A stretch of DNA of 14,451 bases, from positions 1 through 14,451 of the forward strand of contig JAYVSR010000177.1 in the NCBI GenBank assembly GCA_043775155.1, in the 5' to 3' direction. Below, in pieces: positions 1-6,976 of this stretch; the stretch's first letter is position 1; every line of letters starts with the position of its first letter. The notes beneath the pieces are model-generated. The model saw only the letters and a list, made by a program, of their open reading frames with translations, was not told the DNA's origin and did not search any database. This stretch comes from Burkholderiales bacterium (lineage in GTDB: Bacteria; Pseudomonadota; Gammaproteobacteria; Burkholderiales; JAEUOS01). A program made the position numbers and the translations under genes.

Positions 1-120
1 TGAATCTCAAGCGCGCCAACTTCCATGGCGAATGGAATTACAAACTACTGCCAAGTCGCAAAAAATAATGATCATGTTATTTTGACGCGGATCCTAAGCC
101 TGCAACACTGGAGAATCATC

Positions 121-1029
121 ATGTCACTGACATTCACCCCGCTGCACCCACTGTTCGCCGCCGAAGTGAGCGCAGTCGATCTGCGCCAAGTGCGCGACAG
201 CGCGACGCTGGAACATCTGCGCAGCGGCATGGATCACCACGGCGTGCTGGTGTTTCGCAATCAACCGTTCACCGACGCCGAGCAGCTTGATTTCGCGCAG
301 CGCTTCGATGGCACGCTGCACGCCAAGACCTCAACTGCAGTGCTGGTCAAAAACCGCCTCGGCAATGAAGCGCTGTCGGATATTTCCAACGTCGGCAGCG
401 ATGGTGAAATTCTGCCGCCCGACGACCGCCGCCGCGTCAGCTCGCTCGCCAATCGCCTCTGGCATACCGATGCGTCCTTCGTTGATCCACCGGGGCGCTA
501 CTCGATGCTGTCGGCGCGCGTGATTCCGCCGGTGCGTGCCGACACCGAGTTCGCCGACATGCGTGGCGCTTACGACGCGCTCGATGATGAGACGAAAGCT
601 TCGCTCGATGGCTTACAAGTGCATCACTCGATTGCCTACTCGCGCGAAGTGCTGGGTTTCGAGTTTGCGCCGGAGGAGAAAGAAAAACTCAAGGGTGCGG
701 TGCATCCTCTGGTACGCAGCTTTTCCGTCAACGGCAGAAAGGGTTTGTATCTCGCCGCACACGCTGCGTCGATCATCGGCTGGCAAACGCCGGAAGGGCG
801 CTTGCTGTTGCGCGACCTGACCGAGCACGCGACGCAGCCGCAATTCGTTTACTGCCACATCTGGCGCGATGGCGATTTTGTGATCTGGGATAACCGCGCT
901 ACGATGCACCGCGGCCGGCCCTTTGATGACAAAAAATACCGGCGTGAATTGCGCCGCACGACGACGCTCGATCTTCCGCTGCCGCTGCCGCAGTCTTCGC
1001 AGAGTACAGCGACAGCCGTGACAGCTTGA
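121..1029 (+). CDS. TfdA/TauD-family Fe(II)/alpha-ketoglutarate-dependent dioxygenase
   Basis: Conserved from MSLTFTPLHPLFAAEV onward. HxD iron motif (WHTDASF) and distal His/Arg (TMHRGRPF) match the TauD/TfdA fold. Start re-placed at ATG 121 with GGAG 8 nt upstream; the 25-120 N-terminal extension looks non-coding and AT-rich (promoter-like). Confidence 0.8.
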   Translation: MSLTFTPLHPLFAAEVSAVDLRQVRDSATLEHLRSGMDHHGVLVFRNQPFTDAEQLDFAQRFDGTLHAKTSTAVLVKNRLGNEALSDISNVGSDGEILPPDDRRRVSSLANRLWHTDASFVDPPGRYSMLSARVIPPVRADTEFADMRGAYDALDDETKASLDGLQVHHSIAYSREVLGFEFAPEEKEKLKGAVHPLVRSFSVNGRKGLYLAAHAASIIGWQTPEGRLLLRDLTEHATQPQFVYCHIWRDGDFVIWDNRATMHRGRPFDDKKYRRELRRTTTLDLPLPLPQSSQSTATAVTA

Positions 1030-1122
1030 GTTTTTTGCGCTACACGCAATCACGTCACCGATTCGGTAACCGTTTTTATCCGCCCTTCAATCACCCAAAC
1101 CAAAAAATATCAGGAGACCCAC

Positions 1123-2250
1123 ATGACCACTCGCAGAGGATTTCTCACCGGTGCTGCCGCCACAGCGGGCATGATGTTTTGCACCTGCGCGCTGCAAGAC
1201 GCCGCCGCGCAAGCCTCACACAAGCACCCCAAGCTTGGCAGCAAGCGCGCGCCAGTCATGTTCAACGGCGAGCGCGTGAAGACGATAGACACCCATGCCC
1301 ACTGCTATTTCCACGACGCCGTGGCGCTGATGGGTGTCGACGCCAAAGGCGTGATGCCGCCGGTCAAAGGCGTGCCCGAACACTTCATTCCGGTGAGCGA
1401 CAAAGCCGCCGTCGAAGGCCGTCTGGCCGGCATGGACGCGATGGGTCTCGACATGCAAATCCTCTCGGTCAACCCGTTCTGGTACCGGCAGAATCGCGAC
1501 ACGGCAGCCGCTATCGTCAAGCTCAACAACGAGCGCCTGGCCGAGCTCACTGCGGCGTATCCGAAACGCCTCGGCGGCTTTGCCTCACTCGCGTTGCAAT
1601 TCCCCGACCTCGCGGTGCAACAGCTCGAAGACGCGATGAAAAAACAAGGACTGCGCGGCGCAGCGATTGGCAGCAACATGCTCGGTGAAGATTTTTCAGA
1701 CCCGAAATTTCACCCGGTGTGGGCGAAGGCAGAAGAACTCGGTGCCGTGTTGTTCATCCATCCGATCAGCCCGCCGCAACTGGCGTCGCGCTTCAAAGGC
1801 AACGGCTGGCTGTCGAACACCATCGGCAATCCGCTCGACACCACCATCGCCTTGCAGCACCTGATTTTTGAAGGCGTGTTCGACAAACTGCCCGGCCTCA
1901 AAGTGCTTGCAGCGCACGGCGGCGGCTACTTGCCATCGTACGCGCCGCGCTCCGATCACGCCTGCTTCGTATCACCGGGCAACTGCAACCCGGCGATTGT
2001 GCTGAAGAAAAAACCGACTGAATATTTGAATCAAATTTTCTTCGACGCACTGGTGTTCACGCCCGAAGCCTTGCGCCATCTGGTCGCGCAAGTGGGCTCA
2101 AGCCAAGTGATGATCGGCACCGATCACCCGATCCCGTGGGAAGAGAATCCGGTGGATCACATCGTTGGTACGGTGTCGCTCACCGAAGCGCAGCGCGCGT
2201 CGATTTTGGGCGGCAATGCGGCGAAATTGTTCAATATCAAAGAGATTTGA
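1123..2250 (+). CDS. Amidohydrolase-2 (ACMSD/LigW-like metal-dependent hydrolase/decarboxylase) with twin-arginine signal peptide
   Basis: RBS caggagaccc 6 nt before ATG. N-terminus TRRGFLTGAAATAGMM...AAAQA fits the Tat motif S/T-R-R-x-F-L. Metal ligands: HxH (IDTHAHCY), FIHP, HGGG, TDHP. Confidence 0.8.
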   Translation: MTTRRGFLTGAAATAGMMFCTCALQDAAAQASHKHPKLGSKRAPVMFNGERVKTIDTHAHCYFHDAVALMGVDAKGVMPPVKGVPEHFIPVSDKAAVEGRLAGMDAMGLDMQILSVNPFWYRQNRDTAAAIVKLNNERLAELTAAYPKRLGGFASLALQFPDLAVQQLEDAMKKQGLRGAAIGSNMLGEDFSDPKFHPVWAKAEELGAVLFIHPISPPQLASRFKGNGWLSNTIGNPLDTTIALQHLIFEGVFDKLPGLKVLAAHGGGYLPSYAPRSDHACFVSPGNCNPAIVLKKKPTEYLNQIFFDALVFTPEALRHLVAQVGSSQVMIGTDHPIPWEENPVDHIVGTVSLTEAQRASILGGNAAKLFNIKEI

Positions 2251-2269
2251 CGGTCAGTTGAGAGTTGCC

Positions 2270-2296
2270 GGAGAGTGGCTCCTGGAGCCGTTCTCC
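2270..2296. terminator. Imperfect hairpin GGAGAGTGGCTCC-t-GGAGCCGTTCTCC between the convergent amidohydrolase and Bug genes; weak bidirectional terminator candidate
   Basis: ~11-bp stem with two G-U wobbles. The T-run GCGTTTTTGTTTG follows only after ~15 nt, and there is no U-tract for the minus-strand transcript. Confidence 0.25.
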
Positions 2297-2364
2297 ACGA
2301 ATTGTCTCTGGCGTTTTTGTTTGATGGCGGGTCGCTCAGTTAATCCGCTCGGTCCATCAATCGG

Positions 2365-3336
2365 TCAATCTACTTTCACCTTGATCTGCTTGAGCAACAC
2401 CGACCAGCGCCGGGTCTCGTCTTGCATGAACGCGCCGAATGCCGCCGGGCTACCGCTCACCGCATCGACACCCTGCGAGACCAGCTTCTCGCGCACCGAT
2501 GGCTCTTGCAAGGCCGCGCGTAACTCGGCGTTGAGCTTGGTCACCACCTCACTCGGCATGGCGGCCGGCCCAATCATCCCGTACCAGGTAGACATGTCGT
2601 AACCCGCGATGCCCGCCTCAGCCAGCGTGGGTATCTGCGCTGCCGCAGCCGAGCGCATCGCCGTCGTCACCCCCAGCGCACGCAGCCGCCCGTTTTGAAT
2701 GAACGGCACCGCACTCGGCAAATTGGGAAACATCAACGCCACCGTGCCACTCAACAAATCCGGCAGCGCGCTGCCGGTGCCTTTGTACGGAACGTGCGTC
2801 AGCGACACGTCGGCCAATTGCTGAAACAACTCAGCCGACAAATGCACAGAGGTGCCGCTGCCCGACGACGCGACATCGAGCCGGCCCGGATTGGCTTTCG
2901 CAAACGCCACCAACTCTTTCGCGGTGCCAAATCGCGAGTTGCCAGGCACCACCAACACGTTCGGCGCCGACAGCACTTGCCCAATCGGCGTGAAGTCCTT
3001 CACCGGATCGTACTTCGCGTCCTTGTACAAGAGCGGATTGACGACGTGGCCGATCGAGGTGAAGAAAATCGTGTAGCCGTCAGGCGCTGCGCGCGCGACG
3101 TACTCGGTCGCGAGATTGCCGTTCGCCCCGGCGCGGTTTTCCACCACCACGCTCTGGCCCATCCGCGCGCCCATGCTCACCGAGAGGATGCGCGCGACGC
3201 TGTCCGCTGTGCCGCCGGGGGTGAAGCCGACGACCATCTTGACCGGTTTGTCGGGGTAAGCGGCGTGAGCGTCACCAATTGAAATGGTCGTGCTCAGCAG
3301 TAGCGCGGAAATCCAAAAAACAGGTTTGATCATCAT
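2365..3336 (-). CDS. Bug/TctC-family tripartite tricarboxylate transporter periplasmic substrate-binding protein
   Basis: Signal peptide MMIKPVFWISALLLSTTISIGDAHA followed by YPDKPVKMVVGFTPGGTADSVARIL, the typical Bug family N-terminus. The track start 3342 is a TTG; the first ATG is at 3336. Confidence 0.85.
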   Translation of the reverse strand: MMIKPVFWISALLLSTTISIGDAHAAYPDKPVKMVVGFTPGGTADSVARILSVSMGARMGQSVVVENRAGANGNLATEYVARAAPDGYTIFFTSIGHVVNPLLYKDAKYDPVKDFTPIGQVLSAPNVLVVPGNSRFGTAKELVAFAKANPGRLDVASSGSGTSVHLSAELFQQLADVSLTHVPYKGTGSALPDLLSGTVALMFPNLPSAVPFIQNGRLRALGVTTAMRSAAAAQIPTLAEAGIAGYDMSTWYGMIGPAAMPSEVVTKLNAELRAALQEPSVREKLVSQGVDAVSGSPAAFGAFMQDETRRWSVLLKQIKVKVD

Positions 3337-3371
3337 GCTCAATCGTCGTTAACAACCCGATGCGCCAACCG

Positions 3372-3674
3372 TCACTTTGAGCGTGCGGCTGCGGTCGCAC
3401 CAGCTATCACTGTCTTCATTCGACCGGTCAAGTAGGTGCGCATTTCACCGGGGGTGTCGAAGCTGACATACCGTCCGGCATCCATGTCCGCAATACCTAC
3501 ACGCACTGCCGCGCGCAGCGCCTTCAAGCGCGCTTTGTCGTCCGCCTCGCGGCGCTCGACTAAACGCAATCCATCACGCAGCACTTCGTTGGCGTTCCGG
3601 TAACGTCCAGAGGCCACCAGCTTATCGATTAGGCAGGATTGATGCTTGGTGAGGACGATGTTGTGGCTGTTCAT
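3372..3674 (-). CDS. ParD-like (COG3609, RHH/CopG fold) type II antitoxin family protein; no cognate toxin adjacent
   Basis: 100 aa; LTKHQSCLIDKLVASGRYRNANEVLRDGLRLVERRE is the conserved ParD/RHH N-terminal DNA-binding segment. RBS AAAAAGGGG precedes the ATG. GC is lower than in flanking genes. Confidence 0.7.
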   Translation of the reverse strand: MNSHNIVLTKHQSCLIDKLVASGRYRNANEVLRDGLRLVERREADDKARLKALRAAVRVGIADMDAGRYVSFDTPGEMRTYLTGRMKTVIAGATAAARSK

Positions 3675-3695
3675 GGAAACCCCTTTTTCGTGCCA

Positions 3696-3725
3696 GCGAC
3701 CGAATGCATAACGGCATTCGGTCGC
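3696..3725. promoter_or_regulatory. Perfect 12-bp-arm palindrome GCGACCGAATGC-ATAACG-GCATTCGGTCGC, 22 bp upstream of the parD-like start; candidate autoregulatory operator
   Basis: Read directly from sequence. RHH antitoxins bind palindromic operators that overlap their promoters. Confidence 0.5.
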
Positions 3726-3745
3726 ATACTGAACGAAGTCGCGAG

Positions 3746-3757
3746 AATTTTAAAATT
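3746..3757. promoter_or_regulatory. Perfect AT palindrome AATTTTAAAATT in the parD-like promoter region (second candidate operator or UP-like element)
   Basis: Read directly from sequence; lies in the 188-bp AT-rich intergenic region. Confidence 0.3.
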
Positions 3758-3862
3758 GGCACTAGGTGAAAACCGTTGGTGCGAGCGGGTTATGTGATGT
3801 TAATCATCATAGATCAGCCATCCATGCGCCTCTCCGGCCATCCGCCTCATAGAATTCGCACG

Positions 3863-5113
3863 TCAAACAAACCGCGTACTCGCCTTCATCCCCAAATAGT
3901 GTTGCCCCACCGTTTGCAAGTGCATCGGATTCGACTGAATCTGCTGCGTCACTGCATGCATGTCACGCAGGCGCCGCTCGAACGGATGGCTCTCGAAGAT
4001 GGCGGTGGCACCTGCGTCGTCGTAGGCGTCACGCACCACTTGCGAGAGCTCGCGGATCGCGTAGGTGGAGGCGAGGCGCATCGTCATGCGGTGCTCGAAT
4101 GCATGCTGCCCCGTCGCCACGCAGCCGTCCCACGACTCACGCAAGGATTGCATCAGCCATGCGCGCATCGAGGCGAGCCGCGCTTCGGACGCAGCGACGC
4201 GTGCCTGAATAACGTGGTTGTCGCGCAACAGTTGTGGCGCGCCGGAGGGGGTTTTTTGGCTCGCGAGTTGGATGAACGAATTGAGCATCGCGCGCGCCAA
4301 GCCATAGGCGACGGCGGAGAAGCCGGCTTGATAGACGATGGTGGGCGAGAAGCGATACAGCGCACCGCTCTCGCGGCGTTCGGATTCGACATTGATCATG
4401 GCGTCGGACGGCTGCTGCTGGTCGCGGCCGACCGCGCGCGGGACGATGCAGTGCTGCGCCGGCACAAACATGTCCGTCACTGTGTAGGTGTCGCTGCCGG
4501 TGCCGCGCAGACCGAGGACGTTCCAGCCTGCATCGGTGATGGTGACGGCGTCGCGCGGGAACAGCGCGGTGCGCTCGATGGCTGCGCCATCAGCATTTTT
4601 CACCACCGCGCCGCTGGCGTGGAGCACCTGGCAATGGCCACCGACCCAGGTGGCGTGGCGGCTGCCGCTGCCGAAGCCCCAGATGCCGGTGATGTTCCAG
4701 CCGCCTTCGACCGGCGCCGCCACGCAGCGCCCGTTGGGGAAACCCCACGCCAGCACCGCGCGCGCATCGCTGAACACTTCGCGTGCCGCCTCGGGGGCCA
4801 TGTAAGCGGCTGACATCGCGCAGCCGTTGCTCTGCGCCACGCTCCACGCCGCGCTGGCGTCGCCCTCGGCGATGGCGCAGATGACGTTGAAGAAGGTTGG
4901 CAAATCCAGCTCGGCACCACCCTGCGAGCGCGGCAGCAGCATGCGGAACATCTTTGCCTTGAATAGCGCATCGAGAACGTCTGGCGGCAATGCGCGGGCG
5001 GCGTCGATGCGCGGTGCGGCGGCGTCGAGTAAGGGCGTGAGCGCGCGCGCTTGGGCGACCCAGTCCTGGTCGATGCCAAGCAATGCGGATGGATGCAGGT
5101 CGTTGGGGTTCAT
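3863..5113 (-). CDS. Acyl-CoA dehydrogenase-fold flavin-dependent monooxygenase (DszC/SfnB/HpaH-C2-like group D oxygenase component)
   Basis: 416 aa with N-terminal alpha, middle beta-barrel (WNITGIWGFGSG) and C-terminal alpha domain organisation. GGAG RBS 9 nt upstream of ATG 5113. The antisense ORF 3776-4813 is rejected. Confidence 0.7.
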   Translation of the reverse strand: MNPNDLHPSALLGIDQDWVAQARALTPLLDAAAPRIDAARALPPDVLDALFKAKMFRMLLPRSQGGAELDLPTFFNVICAIAEGDASAAWSVAQSNGCAMSAAYMAPEAAREVFSDARAVLAWGFPNGRCVAAPVEGGWNITGIWGFGSGSRHATWVGGHCQVLHASGAVVKNADGAAIERTALFPRDAVTITDAGWNVLGLRGTGSDTYTVTDMFVPAQHCIVPRAVGRDQQQPSDAMINVESERRESGALYRFSPTIVYQAGFSAVAYGLARAMLNSFIQLASQKTPSGAPQLLRDNHVIQARVAASEARLASMRAWLMQSLRESWDGCVATGQHAFEHRMTMRLASTYAIRELSQVVRDAYDDAGATAIFESHPFERRLRDMHAVTQQIQSNPMHLQTVGQHYLGMKASTRFV

Positions 5114-5218
5114 GCGTACTCCGTGAGCAGATCAAGCGAAGGACTTGACCCGCATTCTAGCCCTGCACGCGGCGCATGCGTTATCGTTGCAGCCACTTAA
5201 TTTATCAGGAGATAAACC

Positions 5219-5767
5219 ATGAGCAGCAGCATCCCTCCCTTGCGCCGGATCATCACCGGTGACGACGTAAATGGCCGTTCGCGCATCATCGCCGATGGCG
5301 CACCCACGGCGATTCGCACCGTGCCGGAACGCCCCGACTATCAAGTCTCGAACCTGTGGCGCACCGAAGCCGGCCCGGCGCCAGTCAACGCACCGGACAC
5401 CATCGTCGATCACAAAGGCATCTTGCCGCCGAAAAATGGCGGCTCGATTTTGCGCGTGATCGACTACCCGCCCGAGTCGAAAGACCCGGCGGAGCGGCAG
5501 CGCCAGATTCACGCCACCTTCGGCGGCATGTACACCGATGCGCAACACGACAAGAGCGACGGCGCGCACCCCGGCATGCACCGCACCGATACGGTCGATT
5601 ACGCGATCCTGCTAGAGGGCGAAATTTGGGCCATCATGGACGATGAAGAAACCCTAATGCGCGCCGGTGACATCCTCGTGCAGCGCGGCACCAATCACGC
5701 CTGGGCGAACCGGTCGGAGAAGAACGCGCGCATCTGTTTTGTGCTGCTTGACGGCAGCCGCGATTGA
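5219..5767 (+). CDS. Cupin-domain protein
   Basis: Strong RBS caggagataaacc-ATG. C-terminal beta-barrel segment ILLEGEIWAIMDDEETLMRAGDILVQRGTNHAWAN is typical of cupin_2. Confidence 0.7.
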   Translation: MSSSIPPLRRIITGDDVNGRSRIIADGAPTAIRTVPERPDYQVSNLWRTEAGPAPVNAPDTIVDHKGILPPKNGGSILRVIDYPPESKDPAERQRQIHATFGGMYTDAQHDKSDGAHPGMHRTDTVDYAILLEGEIWAIMDDEETLMRAGDILVQRGTNHAWANRSEKNARICFVLLDGSRD

Positions 5768-5782
5768 TCGTGCCGCGTGTTG

Positions 5783-5834
5783 CGTTAGGGTTGCGTCAGT
5801 GCTGCGTCAGTGCTGCGTCAGTGCTGCGGTCGGT
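5783..5834. repeat. Tandem repeat: 3 perfect copies of the 11-mer TGCGTCAGTGC (5791-5823) with degenerate flanking copies
   Basis: Read directly from sequence: gttgcgttagggt tgcgtcagtgc tgcgtcagtgc tgcgtcagtgc tgcggtcggtc. Confidence 0.9.
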
Positions 5835-5925
5835 CCAACATGCCAACCATCAGGTTTTCTCCCACAGCGTATAAAAATCGCGCTATGCTCGCAACCATGA
5901 TACCGGCGACTCTGGAGCCGCAGCG

Positions 5926-6294
5926 ATGAATCAAGTTGAAGTGGCGGCAACGAGCAGCGCGCACGGCGTGACCGACCGACGCCGCGTCGGTACGGATCGC
6001 CGCCAGACACGCAACGGCTGGAATAACGCCGAGCGGCGCGACGCACCTGACCGGCGCAACCAACCCATGACCTTGGCAGAGGCGGTAGCCGCATTGCCGC
6101 AGGCCGAAGTCGAATGCGCTAGCGCGGACCTTGCCGCATCGAGCGCCGAAGCCGCGTGGGAGCGCGCGTCAGCGGAATACGAAAAAGCTGAAGCGGCGTG
6201 GAGCGAAGCGCGCGCGCGACACATGCGCGCACGCGCTGGTTTAACCAAGGTGCAGAGCCGCCTGGCGGCGTTGCAGCCGGCCGCAGATTCGTAG
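5926..6294 (+). CDS. Hypothetical small protein: Arg/Asp-rich N-terminus with repeated DRR motifs, then Ala/Glu-rich helical C-terminus with EAAW repeats
   Basis: GGAG 10 nt upstream of ATG. Codon usage resembles neighbouring genes. The antisense ORF 5931-6356 is compositionally non-protein-like. No family recognised. Confidence 0.4.
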   Translation: MNQVEVAATSSAHGVTDRRRVGTDRRQTRNGWNNAERRDAPDRRNQPMTLAEAVAALPQAEVECASADLAASSAEAAWERASAEYEKAEAAWSEARARHMRARAGLTKVQSRLAALQPAADS

Positions 6295-6366
6295 GCGCTA
6301 TTTTTGGCGCAGTGGTGCCGGGCTAGACAGATTGCCCTGAGCGGGGCTACCTTCATCCCGGCGCAA

Positions 6367-6879
6367 TCAGTTCAAAAAGCGCGCGATCTTGTCGATACCG
6401 GCTTTGGCGCAAGCGCTGTCTTTGTCACCACCCGGCGCACCCGAAATCCCGACCGCGCCGACCAAATCCTTGCCGGCAAAAATCGGCAGAGCACCGTCGA
6501 GTGGGCTGATCTTGTCGAGCAGCATGAAGCCCGAGAGCCCAGGCTGCGCGCGCTTCGCCATCTCCACCGTGGGGGTGCGCGTGGTGAACGCGGTGTAGGC
6601 CTTGCGCAAGCTGTTCTCGACGGTATGCGGGTTGACGCCGTCTTCCGACAGCACCACCGACGTCGTGGCGAGATGATTGAGCACGGTGATGGTGACCTTG
6701 AAGCCGTCGGCGCGGCAGCGCTCCAGCGCGGCTTGCGCGAGCTCGATGGCAGCGTTGACCGACAGGCCGCGCTGGGTGATGAGGCCGGCGTTTTGCGCGT
6801 TGGCGGTACCGGCTGTGGCGGCGAGCGCCACGGCAGCGGCGGCGATGGATTTAGCGATGCGGGTGTGAATGGATTTCAT
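6367..6879 (-). CDS. Secreted GlcG/HbpS-like (DUF336) haem-binding family protein
   Basis: Start re-placed at MKSIHTRIAKSIAAAAVALAATAGTANA (signal peptide) with a perfect GGAGGAAAC RBS. GAVGISGAPGGDKDSACAKAGIDKI is the DUF336/GlcG signature region. The 6880-6957 track extension is rejected. Confidence 0.75.
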   Translation of the reverse strand: MKSIHTRIAKSIAAAAVALAATAGTANAQNAGLITQRGLSVNAAIELAQAALERCRADGFKVTITVLNHLATTSVVLSEDGVNPHTVENSLRKAYTAFTTRTPTVEMAKRAQPGLSGFMLLDKISPLDGALPIFAGKDLVGAVGISGAPGGDKDSACAKAGIDKIARFLN

Positions 6880-6976
6880 GGTTTCCTCCGGATGGATGCT
6901 TAGGTGAATTTCCAGGAACAGCGGTGTGGCATCGTGTAACACGGTGCCGCCCAGCATTATTCCCCGTCTCCGGTCT

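Noticed and set aside
25-120. N-terminal extension of the dioxygenase ORF (MANGITNYCQVAKNNDHVILTRILSLQHWRII)
   Set aside because: AT-rich and not homologous to TfdA/TauD N-termini. The internal ATG at 121 has a GGAG RBS and starts the conserved region.
1086-1100. CGGTAACCG palindrome followed by TTTTT between the dioxygenase and amidohydrolase genes
   Set aside because: The stem is only 4 bp with a 1-nt loop, too weak for an intrinsic terminator. The two genes are more likely co-transcribed.
2695-3282. 195-aa + ORF, and 6304-6903 + ORF
   Set aside because: Antisense to the Bug gene and the GlcG/HbpS-like gene respectively. Arg-rich low-complexity translations.
3776-4813. 345-aa + strand ORF, plus nested ORFs 4590-5135 and 4600-5079
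   Set aside because: Antisense or alternative-frame shadows of the ACAD-fold monooxygenase gene, which has clear domain homology and a proper RBS.
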